Under the pieces are notes generated by a model. That model was not told where the DNA came from. It did not search any database and saw nothing but the letters and a program-made list of their open reading frames with translations. The position numbers were made by a program, and so were the translations under genes. From Camelus ferus (lineage: Eukaryota), in assembly GCF_009834535.1 (NCBI RefSeq), contig NC_045698.1, forward strand, positions 13,580,001-13,644,000: a stretch of DNA of 64,000 bases, given 5' to 3'. Within the stretch, counting starts at the first letter, position 1. Every line of letters begins with the position of its first letter. Of the stretch, positions 1 through 11,483 are shown one piece after another.

Positions 1-20
1 CAATTTTTGTTTTTATTTTT

Positions 21-46
21 TGTGTGTGTTTGCGTGTGTGTGTGTG
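21..46. repeat. (TG)n microsatellite, interrupted
   Basis: tgtgtgtgtt tgcgtgtgtg tgtgtg seen directly. Confidence 0.9.
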
Positions 47-654
47 CATAGTCTTTCCCTATGCCTTTTTAAAGGACTATTATTTTAGTACTAAGGAAAA
101 ATAATATCATGTAATGAGCAACACAAGAAAAATATGCAATATTAATTTTCAGTCAGCATTTGACAATAAATATGAATGAAGATAAGATATTGTGATCAAG
201 AATATCTTTCTGTTGATGGCTGCACATTTATTATCAAATGGTGACATTCATCTGAGCCATAAATGGTTCCAGTTCAGAAGTTCCCTTCTCCCCCTACTCC
301 TTTCCATGAAATCCACACTGTCAGCCCGACATCATGATAATACAGTGATAGAGTAATCCTTCTAATGAAAAGTAAGGTATCCGCCTTTTCTTTTCCTACT
401 ATCAAGATGAAAAAGGTATTCTCTTCATCTCAAAGGTTGAAATTGAAATTTCTTTAAAATTGAAAGCATGACATTCTTGGAAAACACAATGTAGTGACAC
501 ATATAAACGGTGAAGGAGGGACCTGATGTTACATTTTAATAGGCCCTCCAGGGGATTATGATTCACAATAAAGGTAAAAACAAACAAACAAACAAATAAA
601 CAAAACCACTTCTCCACTTTCCTGGGTTAGGCTGTCTACAAAAAAGCTATCATA

Positions 655-840
655 ATGCGGGCTGTGGACCACTAACATGGACCACAACCATGGACCACTT
701 CCAACAACATCACTCAGAGCTTGTTAGAAGTGGAGGTTCTCAGGCTCCTTCCAGACTTGTTGAACCAGAATCTCGGGCAGTAGGGCCCAGGGACTTGTAT
801 TTAGCAATCTCTCCAAGTGATTATTATTCTCTAAAAGTGG
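655..840 (+). mobile_element. MER5A-like hAT-Charlie MITE
   Basis: catcactcagagcttgttagaagt...ccagacttgttgaaccagaatctcgggcagtagggcccagg...ctccaagtgatt follows the recalled MER5A consensus (catcacctgggaacttgttagaaatg...ccagacctactgaatcagaaactctgggggtggggcccag...ctccaggtgatt). Confidence 0.8.
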
Positions 841-1199
841 ACCCTGGGGTAATGGTCCGGGTGCAAGTGATTTTCTTTTAAAGAAGTTCTGCCGGGAGAA
901 AACAACACGAGAGCATGGAAGACAGAACTGGGGAGAGGAGGACACGAGGCAGGCGGGCTCAGTGAAGTCTCTTAGCATGGTCCTGGGAATACCTCGAGTA
1001 GGAATTACACTTTATCATTAGTCCCTCTGGGCTGCCGTACAAGGTGCCGCCCTCCCCTCTGCCCAGGCTCTCTCTGCTCCAGGAATTCTTGGTGAGGCAG
1101 CTCCAGTAGCCTGGGGCTACTAAACGAGGGATGAAGCTTCTGGAAGTAAAGCACCCAGACCTTGAGGTATGAGGGTGCAGAACAGGTGAAAGCACTCCA

Positions 1200-2035
1200 A
1201 GAGGAGTATGGTGGAAGGAAAGATGGGCTGGGCTCAGGAAATACTGAGCTTTGATTCAAATGCTTATTGCTAGAGAGTTGGTTCTCATCTTGTTCCAGAA
1301 AGAGTTCAGAGACAGGACCCAGAGGTCAAGAAAGCAAAGTGAGGATTTACTAAGCGATAGTATGCTCTTAAGGGGAGAGAGAGAAGACTCAGGGGAGTAA
1401 CCGCGGACTTTCTTGGCAAGATGGTTATACGGGGTGTAAAAATGAATGGGTGAATATTCATTGGGGAGGGAGGGTTTGGGGTTGTATTTCTTGATTTTCA
1501 CCACAGCTCCACCTTTCCGAGGGGAGGAGGGATTTTGGTCCTTATTTAGTCTGGATGGGAAGTGTCATGGCATCAGAGCATGATGGATATTTCTAATCTG
1601 CAAGGCTAATTATATTGTACTGAGGGCATAATAAGCAAAAGATTACATTTGGATGCCAGAGATTCCTGCCTTTTCCCACCTTTCTTTGCCTCAAGGATCC
1701 TTGTCACCCCAAAATGTGTGGTCTCCTGGTCATCCAGAGGTTTTTGCTTTTCTCTGTCTGCCCAAGGACCCCCTGTTGTTTACAAGATGAATGTCCCTAC
1801 CAGTTTGTCCTGTGCCCCTCTTTCTCTGCTCATCTAGCTATCTACCTGTTCTAACATCCTCAGCATGCCTCACTGCTTGCTTTTTAGGGGTGAATAGATT
1901 ATGTGCTTTTCTGAGGCTTGAGCCCCAGTGTTGCACCTATAAAGTTGAGATAAGAATGTACAGTAGTTTTAAAAACTTAAATAAGATACTGCGTAGACAA
2001 CTACTAAGCTGATAGACTCGGGCATTGTAGATCTA
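1200..2035 (+). mobile_element. MIR SINE split by an LTR (fragments ~1200-1264 and ~1857-2035)
   Basis: 5' part gagtatggtggaaggaaag...ctgagctttgattcaaat; 3' part ctgaggcttgagccccagtgttgcacctataaagttgagataagaat resembles the MIR core ctgagcctcagtttcctcatctgtaaaatggggataata. Confidence 0.6.
1265..1856 (-). mobile_element. ERV1-type solo LTR (~590 bp)
   Basis: The minus strand starts TGTTAG and ends ...CTAGCAATA (degenerate CAACA). It carries TATAA-like and AGTAAA poly(A)-like motifs in LTR order. Candidate 4-bp TSD tgct (1261-1264) / tcct (1857-1860). Confidence 0.75.
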
Positions 2036-4123
2036 GTAGGAACTGAAATAGTTAAAATGGTTTTGTTTCCTTTGGAGCTCTCTCCATGATTTCCATCTAT
2101 TAATTCAATATAATGTAAGAGCAGAAATACATTTTCAAATATCAAAGAGCTTAGTTAATCCCATTTTTAAATGAAGACAATTCCTAATGATCCATGATGT
2201 GAACCTCCATGTATTTGTTTACATCAATAATATATTTAAATTATTGTTCTATGGTCAATTAATAAACTTTCAAATTTGATTAAACTGTAGCTGTGAGAAA
2301 TATAGGCATGTATTCTACTCAAAATTTGCACTTTTGAGAAAACCACTGTGGACAAATAGATCAACATCACAGAGCTGATTTTTCTTGCTCTTCATGAAAT
2401 ATTTTTTGTTGTTTTCCACGCGAGAGAACACCATGGGAGATGAAGAGTAAGGTCAGTGTTTCATGAAAATAAATGTATTTTACTTTCATCAAAGATAATT
2501 CTAATCCTTTGAGTATGCAAGAAAAAATGCATGTCTTGAAAATACTATTATGTAGCTATGCTTCTATAGATTTTATAGAAACTTTAGATGTAGTTTTCCC
2601 CATTCATAGATTATAAAACACATCATGTTTTAAAATTTGCTGAAAATCATAACATTTTACGATACAAGAAATAACAGTGTTAAAGTTGTTTGATGTCCTT
2701 AAACACATTATATTATGATAGAAGTCTTTAAAAACAAAGCAAAATAAATGAAAATTCCCAAAGAAAAATTTTGTCACATTCTTGCCCTTCTTTTCTGCAA
2801 AATGACCACCTAATTTAGCCTATTTAATCAAAATTAACATCTCAAATTAAAATTGACTCAATGTAACCGAAGGAAAAAAGAATTTATAGGCAAGTTTGCA
2901 GCATAAATGAAAATCAGTGATAATCAATACATCATTTAATACCAAATATCAACAGAAGATTTAATATAATAATAATAAATTAAAAGAAGAATATTTTTTG
3001 GCATTCATGTAGTACAAATACTTTTACATTGAATTAGTTCTAAGGGCAATTGGCCAAAAACACTGTACAATTAGATTTTAGAAAAAGTAGCCAAGAGTGG
3101 TTTTTAACTCAAACATCCACACACGTATATAGGCATCTACGGTGCCATTATCTGTTTTATGCTCCTAAGGACTCATTACAAACACCAACTTAGGATTTGT
3201 GTACACATTCACATGGCCACTTTTGAAAACTGACCTCCCTTGATACTCTAATAAACAGCTAAGGTCCGAGCAGTGCTTTAATGACTGAGGATGAATTGCT
3301 ATATGCTGACCCTGTCCCATACATTATTTAGCATTTTTTTTCATAGCACATAAAGTCAGCATGCCTAAAGCAAATGAACAGAATTAATACTATCCTTTTT
3401 AGAAGCACAGAGCTGTGGACACATATGTAATTTGTATTATTCTTTAGTGCACATATATTCTCTGTTAATTTTCAGTATCAATGTTAAGTTCAAGTCTTCA
3501 AAGTTAGGACAACATAGATTTCATACCAAAGGCGTCTAGTACAGGATACATGGCTAATGAAAGCTTTTATTTTCTTCTACAACATAATTTTTTCCACATT
3601 GAATCATATTTTCATGTATAGTCTTTTTGTGTGTGAAATGTATAAAGAATTAATGTGTTAATTTGACAGTTATTATGATTTTAAAAAAGCTACACAAATC
3701 AAAATTTTCTTTACCTAATCCTGTATCCTCTAAGTCAAATTATATCTGGGGGATTTTTATTTGTATGCATAAACTATGATTGAAGTTAATCAATTTTAAA
3801 TCATTGGTCTTCATTTTTAAGGGACCTGTCTTTCATTAATAGATTCTCTATTCTTTGAGGCCACAATTCCATCAAAGTTCCCCTTTAATTTGAGATGTAT
3901 TGCAATTAGATATGTTGGCTTACTTCTTTATTTTTCCTTTTAGCTACTTTAGCAATCTGTACCTTTGTTACAACACCTCACTATTTATTATAACGGAAAA
4001 GTCACTTCTCCCTACTCTCTTCAATAAGGTGACCATTGTTACCTTACAGATAAATAGATATGTTTACTAACCTGATGAATTTTAATATCAAGGTAAAGAT
4101 AGACACATACAATTTAAATTTAC

Positions 4124-4560
4124 CGTAGTGGGGACTGGCTAGATGCTCATCTTCCATGTCCTCTTCCTGGGTGTCCAGGAGGACTATGGTTGGTTTGGGG
4201 CTATAGGACCTGTTCTGGCCAATGGATCATGATCCTAAGTGATGTGCACTATTTTTCCATGTTAGATTCTCTTGTAAGATCCTTGACTCACTCTTTATTT
4301 TTAAAATGGTCAGCTGAGTGCAGGATCCATTAGACAACACTGTGTAGACCCTGGGAGATGGAGCCACCAGTTGGAACAGCCCCTGTTTCTTAATTGCCAT
4401 ATGGATGGCTACTCATGAAACACCCATCAGGCTATGATTAAAGCAAGAACTCAACCTTAATTCGTTAAGCTGCTACATTTTTAGAAGTTTTTGGTTTTTT
4501 TTTTTTTGGGTTGCTTGCTTTTGTTACTGAAGCAGAACCTATCCTATCCTGACCAGTATA
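4124..4560 (+). mobile_element. MaLR LTR, MLT1 (I/J/K-like)
   Basis: ttctggccaatggatc...aagtgatgtgcac, ggagatggagccaccagttggaacagccc, and the typical MLT1 end ttgttactgaagcagaacctatcctatcctgaccagtata. Confidence 0.8.
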
Positions 4561-4639
4561 GATACATGCAATATGTCCTATAATAAAGGGCTTTCACTTC
4601 TTCTTTTTTAAAATAAGGATCTTTGGGTTTTAAAAGAGG

Positions 4640-6990
4640 AATTAATTGACTCCCTGATATGCCCCATTCTCCTTTCTTCACATGTTCACTTTTATATCCA
4701 TAGATCCCCTCATCAATCATTTCAAACATTATCTTTCAGATCTCTTAGAATGAGGAAATCTCACATCCAGATATTCAAAGCCACAAGCCAGAGGCTAATT
4801 TTGCCTGAATACTATTACATTACCACGTATCTCTAGCCTATGCCAAATGTCACTTTCCGAATAATCTTAAAATCTCCATTTTTCTCAAATTTCCAAATCA
4901 CCCTTTTTGTTTGCCTTCAGAATATTAACCTGCCCTATGATGTCTTAAAACTTCCAAAGCCCTTAGATATTAACTCCCTTATTCTGCTTCCACCAGAATT
5001 GATATGCACGTCTACCTACTTCTGAGTCTTTATTTTCCTTATGACCTCTGTTAAAATGAAAGGAACGTTTCCACTTCTTTCCAGTCATGGTAATTGTTTG
5101 CTCTGAATTTCATTTATCTGGGGACTGTTCACTTCACAGGCTGTTGTCTCTTGTCACCCCATAATGTCACTCCTTCTCACTCGTGTCATTAACGTTTTGT
5201 GAGCTAGTGTATTTTTGGTTCGTTTTTACTTGGCTTATCCCCTAAAAACAACTAGCTTGACCTTAGTTATTGACAAATTACTTCACTACCTATCCCAATC
5301 CAATGTCTGTTTCTATGACTTTAAATTCTTAGAAAAATTATTAATAATCACCATGGTAATTCATATATTTGATTTGTAATTGCTTCATCCCATAAGCAGA
5401 ATTTCTTAATTGTAATGGCATCTACAAATACTATATACACTCAGTTTTTATTCTCTTCCTCTGGGCATCCCTTCCAAGCTATTTTGATGCTCCTCTTCAT
5501 CTTCCTTGCTCTTCTGTATTGGGGACCTTTGGGATGCTATTTGAAGTCCTCCTCTCTTTACTTTCTACAGTCTCTTCCCAGGATATCCCATTCTCTCACA
5601 GGGCAATTTTCCATGATTTTTTTTCTCATATTACTCCCATTTTTATATGTAATCCAAATTTCTCTTTTAAAATACAACTCACTAGAATATATGCTACACA
5701 ATGTGAAGAGAATTCACTTGTTTTCTTCTCTATTATGTCCTCAGTGCAAATAACCCAACTTAGCCTTAGTGCACATTCAATAAGTATTTGTTAAATAAGT
5801 AAATATTCAAGTTAAACATATGTGTCTACTAAACACATTCCTTTCAAAGTCAGTATTGCTAAAACTAAACTCACTAAATAATGATGTTCTCCATTTTCAC
5901 AGTCCATAGTCAAGGTGCATGGCTCAGCCATCCAAGCAAGTTGTTTCAGTTGAAAATCTAGTGACATATGCCTTACTCCATCAGACATCAGATCAATAAT
6001 CAAGTCTTTTTAAATCTGTCTCAAGTTTTCAAATCTTTCACTTCTCCCATGTATAATGAAATAACTATGGTGCACTCTCCCTCACTTGGACTGCTACAAT
6101 AGACTCTGAGATATTCTCAGAATTGATGTCCTATCTTTTTATCTGTAAATTCATACAAATCATTGAATGATCCCTATGAAAAAATAAGGTTGAATATGTT
6201 GATTTAATCTCATAATCTCAAATCTCAAATATTCTTTCTACATTGCCTGGAAATATTACTGACTTTCATCAGGAAGCTCAACAAATTCTTCTAGACAAAA
6301 ACTCCATGTTCTTTTTCAAACTTCCTTTATCTTTTAACATCTGCCCCTCATACACACAATGAATATGGTCAAAAAAGGAGGAAAAAAAAAAAAAAAGAAA
6401 CATGTAAGAATCCATTAAACCCGTGTCATCTCTCCACCTCTAAACCCTCTGCAATTGCACTTGTATTATTCCCTAAACTCATCTTATAACTAAAGCAACG
6501 TCCTTCCACTCACAAAGAAGTACCACTAGCTTTGCGTACTGGATTGTACCAATTCTTACCTTTTAAATAAACTTTAAGAAAAGAAAAAAAAATACACTCA
6601 AATCTTGATTCTTCATTCTTAGAAAGCTACTCTCCCATTCTCAACAAAACATTTTAGGAAATATTGTCTACATATTCTGTCTGTATCTCCTCAGTCCCAT
6701 TCACTGTCTATCCCTCCAATCTGGTTCCTGTGTTTACACTCAATCAAAACTGTTCTTGAGTGTTTCCCTTCCTTCATATTTGTCATCCTTCCATTAATAC
6801 GTGACACTGCTGATTACTTTCTCTTTCCTGAAATAATCTTCTTTGCATCTTCATGACTCAACATTCTTTACTCTTTGCTTTCCCCTTCATGGCCATTTCC
6901 TCCTTCAAGGCCTTAATTACTGTCTGTATGAAGGAGGTATAAATATATATCATTACCTGGCTAAACCCCTCCTCTTAAGCTTCAGGCTTA
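4640..6990 (+). mobile_element. Cluster of decayed L2 LINE fragments
   Basis: Pyrimidine-rich L2 motifs. L2 3' end at ~5690-5810 (actagaatatatgct...cacattcaataagtatttgttaaataagtaaat); cacttggactgctacaatag at ~6085; ctccaatctggttcctg...tgacactgctgattactttctctttcctgaaa at 6715-6835. Confidence 0.7.
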
Positions 6991-7496
6991 TGAACTAAAC
7001 TGATGATTCAAAAAACAGATAACTGATAAAGCCCATTGCCCAAAGAGCTACAGAAACACATCTGTAATGACACTGTTAGCTTTATCACCTTGCTGCAGCA
7101 AGGGAAAGCATACATCATGGGAAACCATGAGTCTCTCTAAAAGGGAGAGTTAGGGAAGAATACTCACTAAGTATTCTTGTGAGTGAGTGAGATTGCTGGA
7201 GTTTGTCAATGGATGATCTAAGCAGAGAGTGTTCTAAGTCTATAAACTGGAGTTGCATTTAGCAATTTCATCTTTTGTGTCCATGAAGTGCTACTCTTCA
7301 ATTAGTTTTTCAAAGATCTTATCTTAGAAGGGATGGGTCTAAAAAAACAAACAAAAAAATAGTATTAAAATGTTTGAATTTAAATAGTTAATGATGTGCG
7401 TCATGGCCAGTCTGGAAGAGCTTATCTCTCTTCTGAGTTGGGGAATCTTTTTCAAGCTGTGATTCCTGTTTTGATTTTAGTTTTCCCCCCTCATAA
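6990..7496 (-). mobile_element. Old ERV solo LTR inserted in L2
   Basis: ctttatcaccttgctgcagcaagggaaagcatacatcatgggaaacc is the antisense R/U5 pattern of ERV LTRs. L2 sequence resumes on both sides. Confidence 0.6.
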
Positions 7497-7499
7497 CCC

Positions 7500-8413
7500 A
7501 CTTGTCAGTGGGGCCAATTTTCAGTTTATTACTTTAAATTTCATGCCACAAAGATATTTCACATTTAGATTTACTGTTCAAAAATAAAACTAAAACAATA
7601 AACATAGAATCATTCTCTACAAATTTCCTCTTTTCCTTCTCAGTAAACGACATGACTCTCCACTGAACTATTAGAAACATTTTCGAGCATTTTTATGTCT
7701 TATTTATTCTCATGGGCATTTTATTAACAAATCTATCTTTTCTAACTCCAAAATTATCTCAAATTTTTCACCTTTCAAATTGCCCCTGCTTCCGCCCTAT
7801 TCCCACTAGTCTCTTTTCATCACCATGCACAGCAGAGGCAAATAAAAGGGAAAGTCAAACATGTCACTTCCATGCTTCATCTATTCAATGCTTTTATTTT
7901 ACTAAAAACAAAACCAACACTCCTTTAGACTGGGAGGCTCTGATTACCTGGAGTTCATCCACCTGTGCAATCTCATCTCAGGCACGCTCCGTATTTACGT
8001 CTATGTTTTTGCCCTATGAGCCTTCTGTCAATTATTTGAAAATGCCAAACTTTTAAATAGTGACTACATTTTCCTGTGTCATTCCCCAGCTTGACTTGCT
8101 CTAGGAGCCCTCTTTTGACACCTGCACAAACTTTCTAATGGTTGATCTTTTTGCCTTTCCAGGTTCCTAACTAAAGGTAACTTTCTCAAAAAGACCTTCC
8201 ATGAACACTTTTTCATGAATCAAGTTCTACTGGTAAGTTTTGAATATGTATTCAAATAGTAAGTTCTTACATGATTACTTGTAGTTGTGTGTGGAGGTGG
8301 GGCAGGGTGGCAGGAGAAGGATATAGTCTTCTCCAAATTATAACATAAAAAATGCAGGGGTCATGCCATTTTACTAAGTACTGTGAATAAAGTACTGGGT
8401 ATAGTATTTGCCA
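7500..8413 (+). mobile_element. L2 LINE 3' region
   Basis: ttccttctcagtaaacgacatgactctccact, tcaaacatgtcacttccatgctt, aactttctcaaaaagaccttccatga, ending in the L2 3' tail interrupted by a SINE. Confidence 0.7.
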
Positions 8414-8427
8414 CTAAGTAGCTTTTT

Positions 8428-8559
8428 TTGTTTGTTTGTTTTGTTTTTTTTTTGGGGGGGTGGAGATTAAGTGTATTTGTTTATTTAGTTGTTTTAATGG
8501 AAGTAATGGGGATTGTACCCAGGACCTCCTGCATGCTAAGCATTCACTCTAACCACTGG
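8428..8559 (-). mobile_element. tRNA-derived SINE (Vic-1-like), slightly 5'-truncated
   Basis: Minus strand ccagtggttagagtgaatgcttagcatgcaggaggtcctgggtacaatcccc plus A-rich tail. Perfect 14-bp TSD ctaagtagcttttt at 8414-8427 and 8560-8573. Confidence 0.9.
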
Positions 8560-9829
8560 CTAAGTAGCTTTTTGATAAAAGTTATTTGTGTAGATAATAA
8601 TACTAGTAATAATAATTATAAGTACAATTATAACTCATAGTATCAGTTTATGAAGCTAATAAACAATGTAACTAGGATCCTACCTTAAGTTCCCAAATCC
8701 ATGGCTAATAGTGTTTTTGTTTTAACACATCGATTGTCTTCAAATCACTGATTTTCCAAATGACCACAATTAATTTATTCTACTTGTATGACAATTTCCA
8801 TCTTAGGTTTGCTTAAAAAAAGATATTTCTGATAAGATTCATCAACAATATTTTTAGCCATTTCATCATAATTTCTCTAGTTTTTTTTTTTTTCCCAATA
8901 CTCACATGTAAATTACTTTAGTCAAATATGTAGAGGTTAGTTTAATATCCCCTTGAATGTTTTAGGGGATTTTTAGAAACTACATTGTGGATCCTTGCAG
9001 AAGATATTTATTATCATCTTGATACAGTAAAGTATTCTACTCACTTTTATAATTTTCTGGTCTAGAAAAATTTTTAAATTGTTATTTATGAGAAAAGTAT
9101 TATAAAATATTTTATGTATATAAAAATATATAATAATATTGAAATCAATATTTTGAAAATAAGTACTTACAAAATCTAAAGAAATAACATTACATTGCAA
9201 TCGAAGCCCAATCTACACCATATTAGGTTTACAGGTCATAAGATTCCCAATCAGGTAGCAAAGAATCATAATATACTGCTTTTTAATTTTTCTGTATTTA
9301 AGAAAATATTTTACTATATGTTTTTGTACCTTCCAAACACACAAATTCTTGTCTAATTTAATCTTTCATCAGTTAGAAATGACAAATGTTTATAACTGTA
9401 GACATTTTAGGCGTCTCCTGATGTTCTTTCATTCTTGTTTTATTAATTTTTTTGCGAGCTCATCTTTTGAGCCATGACAATCAATAACAACCAATGCACA
9501 CTAGTCATATTCAGGTATCTACATGAGTTGCCTAAAGGAGGATTCATGTGGTGTATCACATGTCTTCCGCATTACGGTAGCCATATTTTGCCAAAGGTTT
9601 CACTACTCTACAAGTGATTATCTTTTCAACTTGTACTGCTCATTGCTGGATTGGTGCAGCCAATCTGCACATCCAATTGCCAATTTCTTTTACTATAGTT
9701 AAAATAACAAAAACCTTAAAATAATTTAAAAGAAGTATTTCTTTTAATGGGACCAGATGGACTCAGTAAGAAAAAACACAAATATTTGAAAAATAATGCC
9801 ACTTTCTTACCACAACAAAATTTGTGTTT

Positions 9830-10800
9830 AACAGTCTTTTTTAAAAACTTGGCTTTGACTGTTGATTTTTAAAAATATTTTTTCTTTTCCATTTTTCTAA
9901 TTTCTGCTCTTTATATGACCTTTTTTTGAAAAAAATACATTTTGTTTGTTTAATTTCTTCAGTATCAACAATCATTTTCTAATTTAATTATTTTTTCTAA
10001 TTCACATGGGCTGTAAGTTTTTAGTTCTCTTTGTGTTACTGGTACCTAAGTTAATCTTATTGAATAGAGGTCAACTGTATGACGCCAGGGATTCAGTTTT
10101 TGTTGTAATACATCTTATCATCTAAGAAATGGCCAATCTTTGTAATTTTTTCATGTAAACTTGAGAAGAATCTATGTTTTGTAAGTTTTGAGTGCATAGC
10201 TTTTCTATTTCCTACTGATAATTTTTCAAATATTTTCTGATCTTACAAATATTGCAAAATTTGTGTCTGTCCATTATGAGAGGTTTTTAAGTTTCTCTTT
10301 TGTCATGAGATGGATTTGTCAATTTCTCCATTTTTAATTTTGCTTTCTAAATTCTTATCACATTTATTTAATGCAATATTAGAATGAAACCACTTGGTGA
10401 ATTGTAGTTTTTATAATTATAGTTATGTTTAACATCCTAGATAATAAAATTTGCCTCAAAACGTATATTCTTGGTTATTCTTATCTCTCAACTTTATTTT
10501 GATTTAAATTATACATTAAATATTGATCTTTATCTTTTTCATATTCATTGCATACTGTCAGCATTCTTTTCACATTAATCTACCTGCTAACTTATTTTTT
10601 AATACATTGAATGTCTATTTGTAGCGATAGTATTTTTTATATGTAGAAGTAAAATTTGGCCCTTTAAAAGATAATTTTCTTGTCTATATTAAGATGATCA
10701 TGTTTCTTATTCCTATTTAAAATCTTTTACTTTTTAAGCATACATCATCTTATCTCTTCTACTTTCTATAACTTCATTCTCTAGAACCCTAGCACTTATC
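9830..10800 (-). mobile_element. Ancient L1 (L1M/L1ME) ORF2 fragment
   Basis: T-rich antisense L1 motifs: ttgactgttgatt...aatttctgctctt; aaacttgagaagaatctatgtttt; tggatttgtcaatttctcc. Confidence 0.65.
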
Positions 10801-11139
10801 TGTACTGGTGGTATTTCTGCAGACTCCTCTTTTTTCTTTTGCAATTTTATATTGTGATCTCATAATCAGTTGATCTTAGCAGAACTTGTAAAACTGAAGT
10901 TGACAGTTGACTACTCAGAGAGTATCACTTTTTTTTTATGACAGATACTGGGGGTGCCACATACTCATGACTACTTTCAGTTAACTATCCTTTTCTGAGT
11001 GTGAGGATAACAGTTGTTAGAAATTCAAAAATCAGATGTATTAGAAGGCAATTCTGGGATGAAAATTTCTCAGGGTGCCTCTTTGTTTTGCTCAGGTCTT
11101 GAAGACTTGTTTATTGTCACCCTGGTTTTTGCAGCCTAT

Positions 11140-11483
11140 TTTTATAAATTAAAGTATAACTGACAGAATATTATTTTAGTTTCATGTGTACAACATAGTG
11201 ATTCGACATTTGTAACCATTGCAAAGTGATCACCACAATTAGTCTACTTACCTTGTCACCATGCAAAGTTAACACAATATTATTGACGATATTCCCCACG
11301 CTGTGCATCACATCCCCATGACTGAATATTTTGTAACTGGTAAGTTTGTACCTATAAATCCGTTTCACCCATTTTGTTCCTTGCCAACCCTTCTCCCTTC
11401 GCAGCTGCCTGTCTGTTCTGTACCTATGAGTCTGGGTTTTTGCTTTGTTTTGTTTATTTGTGTTGTTTTTTAGATTCCACATG
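11140..11483 (-). mobile_element. L1 3' end (L1MA9-like / artiodactyl-type)
   Basis: ttagtttcatgtgtacaacatagtgattcgacattt...aaagtgatcaccacaa...ttgtaactggtaagtttgtacc...ttttagattccacat. The ORF 11171-11482 (MWNLKNNTNKQNK...) is the typical translation of an L1 3' UTR. Confidence 0.9.
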
